A stretch of DNA of 64,000 nt from Deltaproteobacteria bacterium (GCA_025361065.1 JANYAY010000143.1:5972-69971), one strand, 5' to 3'. Counted from the first letter of the stretch, positions 35,232 to 45,297 are shown. Translations and numbers: made by a program. The notes: a model not told the origin generated them from the sequence alone.

Positions 35232-36164
35232 ATGCCTCCATCCAACTATATAAATTTTCAACGCTTTTTGGCAGCCAAAAAAAGTGTGGATGATAGTTCT
35301 ATCAACCGGCATGTGCTGCACCACCTGGCGAAAGAGCTTGCGAATCGTTCATATCCGGGGCAACTGCAGGTCGTGGAGGTCGGCGCCGGCATCGGCACCA
35401 TGCTGGAGCGATTGACGGGCTGGCAGATTCTGCCGGATGTCTGTTATCAAGCCATTGACCTGGACCCCGCCAACATAAAAGAGGCCAGACGCCTTCTCCC
35501 CGTCTGGAGCAGCGCAATGGGCCTCGAAATGACCGAAACGCCGGACGGCGGCGAATTGTTCGCGAAAGACGGCTCACGTCATATTGCGGTTAGTTTCGCC
35601 GCCATGGACATTTATGACTGGATAGCCGGGCAAGGAGAAAATAAAACATTCGATCTTCTGATCGCCCATGCCTTCATGGATCTGGTGGATGCCTCCCGCG
35701 CTCTCACGGCAATGCGGTCCGTGGTGAAAAAGGACGGCCTTCTTTATCTGACGGCCAATTTTGACGGGATCACCATTCTTGAGCCGCCCCTCGATCCCGC
35801 ACTGGACCGGCATATCCTGTCCCTTTATCATGACAGCATGGATAAGCGTCTGGTCAACGGCCGGCTTTCGGGCGACAGCAAAACCGGCCGCCATCTTTTT
35901 TCCCGCTTGTCTGAACAGGGCATCGGGCTGCTCGCGGCCGGCAGTTCCGACTGGGTCGTTTTTCCCGCAGCAGGTCGGTATCCAGGCGATGAGGCTTATT
36001 TCCTCCAGTATATCATCAGCCTGATCGAAACCACCCTGAAGGGCCATGCGTCCCTGGAAGCTGGATCGTTTCGGCGATGGATTTCCGAACGTCGCTCCCA
36101 GATTGAACAGGGTAAAGTTGTCCTGATCGTCCATCAGTTGGATTTCCTCGGTTTCGTTTCTTAG
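35232..36164 (+). CDS. class I SAM-dependent methyltransferase
   Basis: Motif I VVEVGAGIGTMLERL. It starts 8 nt after the glycosyltransferase stop. Confidence 0.75.
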   Translation: MPPSNYINFQRFLAAKKSVDDSSINRHVLHHLAKELANRSYPGQLQVVEVGAGIGTMLERLTGWQILPDVCYQAIDLDPANIKEARRLLPVWSSAMGLEMTETPDGGELFAKDGSRHIAVSFAAMDIYDWIAGQGENKTFDLLIAHAFMDLVDASRALTAMRSVVKKDGLLYLTANFDGITILEPPLDPALDRHILSLYHDSMDKRLVNGRLSGDSKTGRHLFSRLSEQGIGLLAAGSSDWVVFPAAGRYPGDEAYFLQYIISLIETTLKGHASLEAGSFRRWISERRSQIEQGKVVLIVHQLDFLGFVS

Positions 36165-36866
36165 AGATAGGTAGATTCCTGGTGAAAAAGCCGGAGAGGG
36201 TGTGCGCGCAAATGCCCTGCCCGTAAAAAAGACTGCGGGTTGAAAATCCGCGATTAGCAGGACATAGGCTGATCAGCATGTCAGCTCATCCTCTCCTGGG
36301 TTAGGCCTACCAATAAACGTCCATTTAATTTCGTTCAAAAAGATATTTTTATCGGGTCAGCCAAGTCTGGAAATCATCATTATAACAATTAAATCAATAA
36401 GCTCTGATCATTAAAAAATATCTTAAAAAAGATTGACACTGAATCCAAATAGGTTACATTGGAAACAAATGCTCAAGCAGCTATTGCCATGACAATGGGA
36501 TGTCAATCATTAAATATCCCATTATTCCACAATTAGATTATTTTTTGCCGCAGCAATTTATATGATGGGAAGATTTATTGAGGCATTATCTCCAGCAGTC
36601 ACTGAATGCAGGGGAAGATCATCTAAAGCCGGAGCAGTACTTTATTGTCCAGCGCTTATATTTCCAGGATGCACAGACTTAAAAAAGAGTTGGCCGACAA
36701 AATACTGCAGGATCATCCCAATATTACACATTTGCCGGATAAGCTGGGAAAAACGGCTTAGTGCAGAGAGCAGATAACGCGAATGACCGGAGGAATTTTA
36801 TCATTGAGTTCTCCGCAAAGGGCCGGGCTATTCCTTTATAACGAAAATTAGATTCGGGCTGGTCGG

Positions 36867-38612
36867 ATGGCTAAAAAAACTACATATGCGGCACTGGAAG
36901 AGAGAGTCCGGATCCTGGCAGACGAAAACAGGGCTCTTGTGTCAGCGGGTGAACATCAGCGAAAACAACTGGAGGAGTGTATAAGATTCGAAAAGGACCT
37001 CCGGGAGAAAATCTGGAAGGAACTGGAACAGGTTCTGGAATTTGAGAAACTTCTCTCCGAGATTTCCGCAACCTTCACGAATATCCCTGCCAAGGAGGTG
37101 GATCGGGAAATCAAGGACATACTCCGGCGTGTTGCAGGCATGTTTGGACTCGAACGTGGTTCCGTCATGCAATATTCTAATGATCTCGGACAGATTTGTG
37201 CGACACACTCGTGGGCGAGAGAGGGGCTTCCGGAGTTTTTTGACCTCTCTGAAGACGGCACTTTTATTACGAATCAACATTTTCCCTGGGTTACTAAAAG
37301 GATGTCCCATCAGGAAATCGTGTTTTTTTCGGACGTTGCTGAATTGCCCAGGGAGGCCAAAAAAGACAAACAGACGTTTCAAAAGTTGGGGGTGAAATCC
37401 GGAATATCCATACCCTACTTTGTTGAAGGTTCCTTCTTGTTTACCGTCACATTCGGATCTACCCGCTCAGGAAGCTCCTGGCCGGAGGACTTGATTCATC
37501 GGCTTAGACGCCTCGGAGAGATCCTGTTGAATGCCCTTCTGCGGAAGAATGCAGACGAGGAAATCCAGAAGGCCTTTTCCGAGATCCGGGAGTTGAAGGA
37601 TCGCCTGCAGGAGGAGAACATCCTTCTCCTGAAAGAGATCAAGACCATCAGGAAGCATCCTGAAATCATCGGAGAGAGCGATGCGATGAAAAAGGTCCTC
37701 GCCAGAGCAGAGCAGGTGGCGAAAGCCCAGACGACCGTGCTCATCCTGGGTGAGACCGGCACGGGTAAGGAACTGGTCGCGCGGGCCATTCATGGTTTCA
37801 GTGCACGGAAGAACCGTCCTATGGTTACTGTAAACTGCGCCGCTCTGCCTGCTACCCTGGTGGAGGCCGAGTTGTTCGGTCGGGAAAAGGGGGCCTACAC
37901 TGGTGCCCTTTCCAAGCAGGTCGGGCGCTTTGAAATCGCCGATGGGTCAACCATTTTTCTCGACGAAATCGGCGAATTGCCCATGGAGATCCAGGTCAAA
38001 CTGCTTCGTGTCCTGGAGAGAGGGGAGTTCGAGAGGTTGGGAAGTTCGAAGACTTTGAGAGTTAATGTGCGGGTGATCACTGCGACCAATCGAGACCTGC
38101 AAAAGGCGATTGAGGAAGGCAGATTCAGGGAAGACCTCTATTATCGTTTGAATGTCTTTCCCATCCAGATACCTCCTTTGAGAGAACATACGAACGACAT
38201 CCTTCCTCTCACATGGTCCTTTATCAAGGAGTTCAGCCATGCCATGGGCAAACCGATAGACTCGATACCGAAGGGCGGTCTCGACGCAATGCTTTGCTAC
38301 CCCTGGCCCGGCAATATCAGGGAACTTCGGAATCTTATAGAGCGGGCGATGATCGAGAGCAGGGGCAAAACCCTTATTGTGAAATTGCCGGCGCGTCACA
38401 GTACCAGGATATCTCACGCCCTAACCATGGAAGAATTAGAATGCGAACATATCAAAGACATATTGAAGAAAACCAATTGGCGAATCAGGGGCGCAAACGG
38501 CGCGGCGGAGATCCTGGGGCTCAACCCCAGCACCCTGTATGCCCGAATGAAGAAGCTTGGTGTCGAACGCCCCCGGGCACATCCATATCCTGACGAACCA
38601 TCCAAATATTGA
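36867..38612 (+). CDS. sigma-54-dependent transcriptional activator (coiled-coil + GAF sensor, AAA+ domain, Fis-type HTH)
   Basis: Walker A GETGTGKE, the GAFTGA variant GAYTGA, an ESELFGHE-like region and the C-terminal HTH AAEILGLNPSTLYARMKKLG. There is no receiver domain. Confidence 0.9.
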   Translation: MAKKTTYAALEERVRILADENRALVSAGEHQRKQLEECIRFEKDLREKIWKELEQVLEFEKLLSEISATFTNIPAKEVDREIKDILRRVAGMFGLERGSVMQYSNDLGQICATHSWAREGLPEFFDLSEDGTFITNQHFPWVTKRMSHQEIVFFSDVAELPREAKKDKQTFQKLGVKSGISIPYFVEGSFLFTVTFGSTRSGSSWPEDLIHRLRRLGEILLNALLRKNADEEIQKAFSEIRELKDRLQEENILLLKEIKTIRKHPEIIGESDAMKKVLARAEQVAKAQTTVLILGETGTGKELVARAIHGFSARKNRPMVTVNCAALPATLVEAELFGREKGAYTGALSKQVGRFEIADGSTIFLDEIGELPMEIQVKLLRVLERGEFERLGSSKTLRVNVRVITATNRDLQKAIEEGRFREDLYYRLNVFPIQIPPLREHTNDILPLTWSFIKEFSHAMGKPIDSIPKGGLDAMLCYPWPGNIRELRNLIERAMIESRGKTLIVKLPARHSTRISHALTMEELECEHIKDILKKTNWRIRGANGAAEILGLNPSTLYARMKKLGVERPRAHPYPDEPSKY

Positions 38613-38710
38613 CTCCCAAATTGCCTGCCTTCGCGTCAACCATAAGCGACTCCATTAAATAAACGTTAAAAGTACAGCTAGATACACAATCTGTGATCTA
38701 TTCCAGGCAC

Positions 38711-38726
38711 TGGCATGAACTTCGCA
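38711..38726 (+). promoter_or_regulatory. sigma-54 (-24/-12) promoter
   Basis: TGGCATGAACTTCGCA compared with consensus TGGCACG-N4-TTGCW. GG and GC are at the correct 10-nt offset, with two mismatches. It lies about 40 nt upstream of the ABM start and just downstream of the activator gene. Confidence 0.6.
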
Positions 38727-38766
38727 GTTCACAAGAAGCGAACAGTTGCAGGGGAGGGGGTGCGGA

Positions 38767-39150
38767 ATGATCATTTCAGCCGTCAGGATCGCGGCGGGGC
38801 CCAAGACGAGAGACGAAATGCTGGCGATTTTGTTTTCAGTGAAAGGGCCGACCGAAAGCGAACCGGCGTGCATCAGTTGCCGCATCTACACGGAACCTCG
38901 AAACGATAAGAACATTACCTATGAAGAGGTGTGGCAGGATGAAGCCGGCCTCTGCCGGCATCTCCGCTCGCCTCATTACCGCAAAGTACTTGCTGCAATG
39001 GACCTCTCCAGCGAGCCTCCGGAAGTTAAATTCAGCACGGTTTTGAGGACTGAGGGAATGGAGGTTATACAAAGGGTCCTGGGTAAAGCGGATCCTGTAG
39101 CGATGAGTTGGACGAAAGCGGCAGCCTCGCGGTCCGATCGCGAAGAATAA
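38767..39150 (+). CDS. ABM/Dabb-fold (antibiotic-biosynthesis-monooxygenase-like) protein
   Basis: 127 aa from ATG 38767 (GGAGG upstream). The pattern CISCRIYTEPRNDKNITYEEVWQDEAGLCRHLRSPHY fits ABM domains. Confidence 0.55.
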   Translation: MIISAVRIAAGPKTRDEMLAILFSVKGPTESEPACISCRIYTEPRNDKNITYEEVWQDEAGLCRHLRSPHYRKVLAAMDLSSEPPEVKFSTVLRTEGMEVIQRVLGKADPVAMSWTKAAASRSDREE

Positions 39151-39196
39151 GATTCTGATCGGGGTAATTACCCCGAAAAACAAGGAGGAAACGGAA

Positions 39197-40642
39197 ATGA
39201 CATATCCTAGCGTTTACCCCACGGGGGCGACCATCTACAATCCTGACAAGTGTTGGAATGGCTATACTATCTATCAGGCAAGGGAACTGGGGGCTCTGCT
39301 TATCGACATGAACGGAAGCGAGGTGAAGTTGTGGAAGGGACTTCATGGTTTTCCCAACCAGATCCTGCCGGGCGGCTACGTTATGGGTCACACGGGGCTC
39401 AGGCCCACTGCCTTTTCTTCGCAGGACCAGACCGACCTCGTGCAGGTGGATTTCGATGGAAAGATTGTGTGGAAGTTCGACAGATGGGAATTCATTGAGG
39501 ACCCGGGCGAGGAGCCCCAATGGATGGCCCGTCAACACCACGATTTCCAACGCCAGGGAAACCCGGTCGGTTATTACGTGCCGGGCATGGACCCCTGTGT
39601 AGATCACGGCAATACCTGGATTCTCTCTCACAAGAACGTCATCAAAAAGGAGATTTCCGAAAAGCCGCTTCTCGACGATGTCTTCCTGGAGGTGAACTGG
39701 GAGGGCGATGTGGTCTGGGAGTGGTCGTGCAGCGATCATTTCGAGGAGCTGGATTTCAGCGAGGAGGCCAGAAACATCCTGGCCCGCAACCCCAACATAG
39801 TGTCCTCCGGCGGTGGTGTGGGGGACTGGATGCACATCAACTGCATGTCACTGCTGGGGCCGAACCGGTGGTACGACGGAGGGGATCAGCGCTTCCACCC
39901 CGACAACATCATCTGGGACGCCCGCGAGAGCAACATCCTGGCTATTACCAGCAAGAAGACCGGCAAGATCGTCTGGAAGGTTGGTCCGGACTATAATGCC
40001 AGCAAGGCCCTGAAGAAGCTCGGCTGGATCATCGGACAGCATCACACCCACATGATCCCCAGGGGACTCCCGGGGGAGGGGAACATCCTGGTTTACGACA
40101 ACGGCGGATGGGCGGGTTACGGCGCGCCCAACCCCGGTGCCCCCATGGGCATCAAGAACGCGCTGAGGGACTATTCGCGGGTGCTGGAATTCGATCCGGT
40201 CACGCTGGAGATTGTCTGGCAACATACGCCCAAGGAGGCAGGGCTGCTCCACCCCACGGACAGCAACCGCTATTACAGTCCTTTCATCAGCTCCGCCCAG
40301 CGGCTGCCGAACGGCAACACCCTGATCACGGAAGGCTCCGGCGGCCGGATCATCGAAGTTACGCCCGAACACGAGCTGGTTTGGGAATACATCACTCCCT
40401 ATTGGGGCTCCATGCTGCACATGAATATGATTTATCGGGCCTACCGTGTGCCTTATGAGTGGGTGCCCCAGTTGGAGCGGCCCGAACAAACCCCCATCCG
40501 GCCGATCGATGTGACCACCTTCCGCGTGCCCGGCGCTGCGGCGCCCGGTCACAGGCAGGTCACCGAAGTTGAAGGGGTTCGGCCGTACCAGGGCGATGCG
40601 GCCTTGTGCGTCCAAGTCGATGTGGAAACCGAAAGAAAGTAA
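39197..40642 (+). CDS. aryl-sulfate sulfotransferase (ASST) family beta-propeller protein, no signal peptide
   Basis: 481 aa with a strong RBS (AAGGAGGA). The N-terminus TGATIYNPDKCWNGYTIYQ...LIDMNGSEVKLW and later blocks (HHDFQRQGNP, LPNGNTLITEGSGGRIIEV) match my recollection of the ASST/Arylsulfotran_2 family. Confidence 0.55.
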   Translation: MTYPSVYPTGATIYNPDKCWNGYTIYQARELGALLIDMNGSEVKLWKGLHGFPNQILPGGYVMGHTGLRPTAFSSQDQTDLVQVDFDGKIVWKFDRWEFIEDPGEEPQWMARQHHDFQRQGNPVGYYVPGMDPCVDHGNTWILSHKNVIKKEISEKPLLDDVFLEVNWEGDVVWEWSCSDHFEELDFSEEARNILARNPNIVSSGGGVGDWMHINCMSLLGPNRWYDGGDQRFHPDNIIWDARESNILAITSKKTGKIVWKVGPDYNASKALKKLGWIIGQHHTHMIPRGLPGEGNILVYDNGGWAGYGAPNPGAPMGIKNALRDYSRVLEFDPVTLEIVWQHTPKEAGLLHPTDSNRYYSPFISSAQRLPNGNTLITEGSGGRIIEVTPEHELVWEYITPYWGSMLHMNMIYRAYRVPYEWVPQLERPEQTPIRPIDVTTFRVPGAAAPGHRQVTEVEGVRPYQGDAALCVQVDVETERK

Positions 40643-40675
40643 AAGAACAACCAAAACAATAAGGAGAATAAAGCG

Positions 40676-41737
40676 ATGAGACATTTTTCCAGGTACCTTT
40701 TTATCTTGACACTGAGTGCGGCCATAATCTTTTCCGGCGCGGTCGCCGGATGGTCTGCGGAAAAGTTCGAGCTTAAACTTGCATGCGAGTATATGGACAG
40801 GCACCCCACATCCGTCAATGCGTTTATCCCCTGGACCAAGAAAATGGGAGAACTAAGCCAGGGAAGGCTCCAGATCCAGTTCTACAACCCCAACTCCCTG
40901 TGCCCGAATAATCAAAACTATGCCAGCACCGTGGCCGGGGCCGTGGACATCGGGGCCGGCGGAACAATCTATAATGTAGGCAAGTTCAATCTCGCGGAAA
41001 TCACCGAGCTGCCTTTTCTTTTCAACGGGTCAGAGTCCGCCAGCCTTACCATGTGGGAACTCTACAATCGCTTTCCGGAGTGGCGCAATGAGTACAAGGA
41101 AGTGAAGATGCTCTGGCAATGGGCCAGCGCCCTGTTCCAGCTGCATACGGTGAAAAAGCCGGTCCGCACCCTGGAGGATCTCAAGGGCCTCAAGATCATT
41201 ACGTGGAGCGCGTCCGGCAGCAACCTGATCCGGATGCTCGGCGCAAACGCGGTCGAAGGGAAACCAACGGACACCTATCTGGCGCTGGAGCGGGGCATGG
41301 CGGACGGCGTTCTGTGTCCTCTTGCACCTTTGCGTTCTTACAAGATCTCGGATGCAGCCAAGTACCATACCATCGTCAACCTGAATGCCAGTGGTTTCTG
41401 GGCCGGAATGAACCAGGCCAAGTGGAACAGCCTGCCGCCGGACCTCCAGAAGCTCATCAGCGATAGTACCGGGGTAAAGATGGCTCAACTGGCCGGCAAG
41501 ACTCTGGACGAGGCTGCCATCCAGGATTCGCAGTTCTTGAAGAAACAGAAGCACGAATTCTTCGTGCTGAGCCCTGCCGAGCAGGAGAAATGGCGTGTGA
41601 AGCTCCAGCCTGTCACCGAAGAATGGCTCAAGAAGATGGAAAAGAAAGGGTACAAGAACGTCAGAGAGATCTATAAAACGACGGTCAGCCTGAGCAAACA
41701 ATACAATCAAAAAACCAAAGGCGGTTATGCGGAGTAA
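40676..41737 (+). CDS. TRAP transporter substrate-binding protein (DctP family)
   Basis: A signal peptide followed by a DctP-like sequence (ELPFLF, GLKIITW, ALERGMADG). Confidence 0.85.
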   Translation: MRHFSRYLFILTLSAAIIFSGAVAGWSAEKFELKLACEYMDRHPTSVNAFIPWTKKMGELSQGRLQIQFYNPNSLCPNNQNYASTVAGAVDIGAGGTIYNVGKFNLAEITELPFLFNGSESASLTMWELYNRFPEWRNEYKEVKMLWQWASALFQLHTVKKPVRTLEDLKGLKIITWSASGSNLIRMLGANAVEGKPTDTYLALERGMADGVLCPLAPLRSYKISDAAKYHTIVNLNASGFWAGMNQAKWNSLPPDLQKLISDSTGVKMAQLAGKTLDEAAIQDSQFLKKQKHEFFVLSPAEQEKWRVKLQPVTEEWLKKMEKKGYKNVREIYKTTVSLSKQYNQKTKGGYAE

Positions 41738-41860
41738 ATGAACAACATTATCCCTGTCCGGGTTTCATCCCCACTTGGGAGAGCCCGGCAGGAAGGGGAA
41801 AACCGCCCCGACGCAAAGCGATAGAAGTGCCCGCAACGGGCCAAGAAGGAGAAGTTCACT

Positions 41861-43762
41861 ATGACTTCAGGATTTTTCGACTCGGCAGCGGCTGTTCTGG
41901 AAAAGGGAGTAAGGCCGGCCTCCAGATTCTTCAATTACATTGCCTGTGCAGTCCTCTGCATCATGCCCATCCCGGTGCTTGTGGATATCTTCCTCCGGTA
42001 TACATTTTCCTATTCCATCCCGGGGGGAATCGAGCTTCAGGAATTCCTGATGCTGATCCTCGTGTTCTTCGGGTTCGCCGCTGTAGAACGGGAGGGAGGC
42101 GGGCATATCCAGATTGACCTGGTGGTCGGGAAGCTCAAAGGCCGGGCAAAGAATGCCGTCGAGAGCTTCATCTACAGTATTTCCTTTCTGATCATGATCC
42201 TCATCTCCTCCCAACTCGTGAGCCAGGGCATCAAGAAGTTCCAGAACAGTGAAGTGAGCAGATCCCTGGAGCTCCCGGTAGCGGTGTTCTTTTTCCTGGC
42301 TGCCCTGACAGTCTTTCTGCTGGCCCTGGTCCTGCTCGTGAAACTCCTGCAGTCCCTCGGCCGCACAGCGCAGCAGGGCGGATGGGGATGGTCCATTGGG
42401 GCAGTACTGATGGCCTGTGCCCTGATCTTCGGGCCCATGGCGGGGTTTATACCCGGGGGGCTGAGCTCCTCTACCTGCGGGATCCTGGGCATGTTCTTTC
42501 TCTTTGCCCTCCTCTTTCTGGGGGTGCCCATCGGGTTCGGCATGGCCATCACGGGTTTCGTGGGCATGATTGTGCTCAACAAGTCTCTCCCCCCCTCCCT
42601 GGCCATGCTGGGTATAGGGCCTTATGATACCGGGGCCAGCTATATGCTCACCGTTGTGCCCATGTTCATCCTCATGGGCGAGCTGGCCTTTCACTCCGGG
42701 ATCAGCGGCGATCTCTTTGAGGCGGCCAGCAAGTGGTTCGGCCGTATGCGGGGCGGAATTGCCATGTCCGCGGTGGCAGGGTGCGCCGGTTTTGCCGCGA
42801 TCTGCGGCGACAGTCTGGCCACAGCCGTCACCATGGGGTCAATCTCCATCCCGGAGATGAAGAAGAAAAATTACGATATGGCGCTGGCTACCGGATCCCT
42901 GGCTGCCGGGGGTACGTTGGGCATCCTCATCCCGCCGAGCGTAGGATTTATATTTTATGCCATTGTGACGGAGGAATCCATCGGCAAGCTTTTTGTGGCC
43001 GGCATCATTCCCGGCATCCTGCTGGCCATCCTCTTTATCCTCTACATCGCCGTCATCACCCGGCTCAGGCCCCAGTTGGCGCCCCAGGGGGAACCCTGCA
43101 CATTCCGGGAGAAGCTCATTGGCCTCAAAGGGGTCCTGGGCATGCTGACGCTCTTCATCGTGGTTCTGGGCGGAATTATGACCGGACTATTCACTGCCAT
43201 TGAGGGGGGCGCTGTGGGAGCAATCGGGGCCTTTGTCTTCGCACTCGCTAAACGCCGCCTGCCCTTCGCCACGCTGGTCGCCGCCCTCAAGAGCACTCTC
43301 ACTATCACCTGCAAGCTGCTCATGATCCTCATGGGCGTGGGCATCCTGGGATACTTCCTGGCAGGCACCCGGCTTCCCTTTTTTCTGGCCGATCAAATCA
43401 GCGGGATGGGGGTAAGCCGTTACGTCGTCTTTGCCTTTGTCATTATCTTCTTCCTCATCCTGGGGTGTCTGCTGAACGTCATCCCCATGATTCTGCTGGT
43501 GTTGCCCACCATTTTCCCCATGATCACGGCCCTGGGTTTTGATCCGATCTGGTTCGGCGTGATATGCGTTGTCATGATGGAGGCGGGCCAGATCACACCG
43601 CCCATCGGCGTGAACGTCTTTGCCATCTCCACCGCGTCCGGGGTTCCCATGTACACGGTCTTCCGGGGAATTTTCCCATTTTTCCTGTGTATGATGCTCC
43701 TGGTTGTGCTTCTGGTCATTTTCCCCGGACTGGCCACGTGGCTGCCCAGTGTGATGTTCTGA
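41861..43762 (+). CDS. TRAP transporter fused small/large permease (DctQ-DctM)
   Basis: 633 aa and polytopic. The N-terminal roughly 170 aa are DctQ-like and the remainder is DctM-like (ATAVTMGSISIPEMKK, PPIGVNVF). Confidence 0.9.
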   Translation: MTSGFFDSAAAVLEKGVRPASRFFNYIACAVLCIMPIPVLVDIFLRYTFSYSIPGGIELQEFLMLILVFFGFAAVEREGGGHIQIDLVVGKLKGRAKNAVESFIYSISFLIMILISSQLVSQGIKKFQNSEVSRSLELPVAVFFFLAALTVFLLALVLLVKLLQSLGRTAQQGGWGWSIGAVLMACALIFGPMAGFIPGGLSSSTCGILGMFFLFALLFLGVPIGFGMAITGFVGMIVLNKSLPPSLAMLGIGPYDTGASYMLTVVPMFILMGELAFHSGISGDLFEAASKWFGRMRGGIAMSAVAGCAGFAAICGDSLATAVTMGSISIPEMKKKNYDMALATGSLAAGGTLGILIPPSVGFIFYAIVTEESIGKLFVAGIIPGILLAILFILYIAVITRLRPQLAPQGEPCTFREKLIGLKGVLGMLTLFIVVLGGIMTGLFTAIEGGAVGAIGAFVFALAKRRLPFATLVAALKSTLTITCKLLMILMGVGILGYFLAGTRLPFFLADQISGMGVSRYVVFAFVIIFFLILGCLLNVIPMILLVLPTIFPMITALGFDPIWFGVICVVMMEAGQITPPIGVNVFAISTASGVPMYTVFRGIFPFFLCMMLLVVLLVIFPGLATWLPSVMF

Positions 43763-43847
43763 TGGCCCCTCAGGCGGGAGAGGAAATATTGTGTGGGGAA
43801 GGCTGCCCTTCTCAAAGACCGGGTTTTGAACTGTACATCAGGGGGAT

Positions 43848-45236
43848 ATGACAATGAAGGAATTTGATGTGGTTGTCATCGGTGGAGGTCCCGGCGGATA
43901 TGTGGCCGCGGTCAGGGCAAGTCAACTGGGGCTGAAAGTGGCGCTGGTCGAAAAGGAACACTTAGGTGGTGTTTGCCTGAACTGGGGTTGCATTCCCACC
44001 AAGTCCCTGCTGCAGAACGCAGAGGTGATCCATCTTCTGTCCAAGGGCAAAACCTTTGGTTTCCAGTTCGATAATCTCTCTGTGGATTATGCCGAGGCCC
44101 AGCGCCGCAGCCGCAGTGTGGTGAGTCGTCAGACCAGGAGAGTCGGCATCCTCTTGAAGAACCATGGTATTGCCGTCCATGAGGGCTTGGGCAGGCTCAG
44201 GAGCGCCCGGGAGGTGGTGATTGAACCCTCCGGTGAGATGCTGCAGGCCGGGAATATCATCCTGGCCACCGGGGCGAAACCTCGCCCTATGCCGGGAATC
44301 CCCTTTGACGGCGAGCGGGTGATCAATTTCCGGCAAGCCCTGGAACTGACGGAAGTGCCGCAGGATATTTTGATCGTGGGCGCAGGTCCGATCGGCATGG
44401 AGTTCGCAACGCTCTGGAGTCGCTACGGGGCCAAAGTGACCGTGGTGGAGATGATGCCCCATGCCCTGCCCCTGGAGGATGAAGAGATCTCCGCCGAAGC
44501 CGAGAAGCAGTTCAAACGGGCGGGAATCAGGATCATGACGGGCGCCCGGGTGGAAGGCATCGTCCATCGGGGAGAAGCCCTGGATGTGACAGTGGTGACA
44601 GGGGAGAAAAACGAGATCCTTCCGGCGCAGAAAGTCCTGTCCGCCATCGGCTTTGCTCCCTCGACCGAAGACCTGGGACTCGAGACGGCAGGAGTCAAGA
44701 CCTTTCGCGGGCGTATCGAGATCGATGACCGGATGTCTACGTCGATCCCCGGCATTTACGCCATCGGAGACGTGACGGGGAAACTGGGATTGGCCCACAC
44801 GGCCTCGGCCCAGGCGATGATTGCCGCAGAGGCGATTGCCGGGCGTAAAACAGAAACCTTGTCTTACGTGAACATTCCGCGCTGCACCTATGCCTATCCG
44901 GAGATGGCTTCGGTGGGGCTCACCGAAAGGCAGGCCCGGGAGCAGGGTCATGACGTGATCACGGCCAAGTGCCCCTTTGCCGCCAACGGCAAGGCCGTCG
45001 CCATGGATGAGAATTTCGGCTTTGTCAAGATTGTGGCCCAGGTCGGGAATATGAGGATCCTGGGGGTGCACCTGATCGGCGCGCATGTGACGGAAATGAT
45101 TGCCGGGCCGGCATGCCTGATCGGGATGGGGGCAACGGCCGAACAATTGGGTCTCACCGTCCATCCCCACCCCTCACTGAGTGAGGCCCTCATGGAGGCG
45201 GCGCATGCGCTCATGGGTCGCGCGATTCATATATGA
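43848..45236 (+). CDS. lpdA: dihydrolipoyl dehydrogenase (E3)
   Basis: GGGPGGY FAD motif, redox-active disulfide GGVCLNWGCIPTK and the C-terminal HPHPSLSE His-Glu motif. Confidence 0.9.
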   Translation: MTMKEFDVVVIGGGPGGYVAAVRASQLGLKVALVEKEHLGGVCLNWGCIPTKSLLQNAEVIHLLSKGKTFGFQFDNLSVDYAEAQRRSRSVVSRQTRRVGILLKNHGIAVHEGLGRLRSAREVVIEPSGEMLQAGNIILATGAKPRPMPGIPFDGERVINFRQALELTEVPQDILIVGAGPIGMEFATLWSRYGAKVTVVEMMPHALPLEDEEISAEAEKQFKRAGIRIMTGARVEGIVHRGEALDVTVVTGEKNEILPAQKVLSAIGFAPSTEDLGLETAGVKTFRGRIEIDDRMSTSIPGIYAIGDVTGKLGLAHTASAQAMIAAEAIAGRKTETLSYVNIPRCTYAYPEMASVGLTERQAREQGHDVITAKCPFAANGKAVAMDENFGFVKIVAQVGNMRILGVHLIGAHVTEMIAGPACLIGMGATAEQLGLTVHPHPSLSEALMEAAHALMGRAIHI

Positions 45237-45297
45237 TACAGTGACCCGCGTTTCAGAGTAGATGCTAAAATCAAATCAGGAATAAGGAGATGTTGTC

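Noticed and set aside
36165-36866. 700-bp gap before the sigma-54 activator. It contains a 71-aa Cys-rich ORF (36562-36777), a TTGACA-N16-TACATT promoter-like site (about 36434-36461) and an AATGGGAT/ATCCCATT inverted repeat (36494-36523).
   Set aside because: The ORF has no RBS and an implausible composition. The promoter and hairpin are individually weak and I cannot tie them to a transcript. They are noted but not called as features.
41738-41860. 123-nt dctP-dctQM spacer with small GC hairpins (e.g. GCCCG-CAA-CGGGC at 41829-41841), considered as an attenuator or ncRNA.
   Set aside because: The stems are short with no U-tract or conserved motif. This is most simply an intercistronic stabiliser of the kind often seen after binding-protein genes, and the evidence is insufficient to call it.
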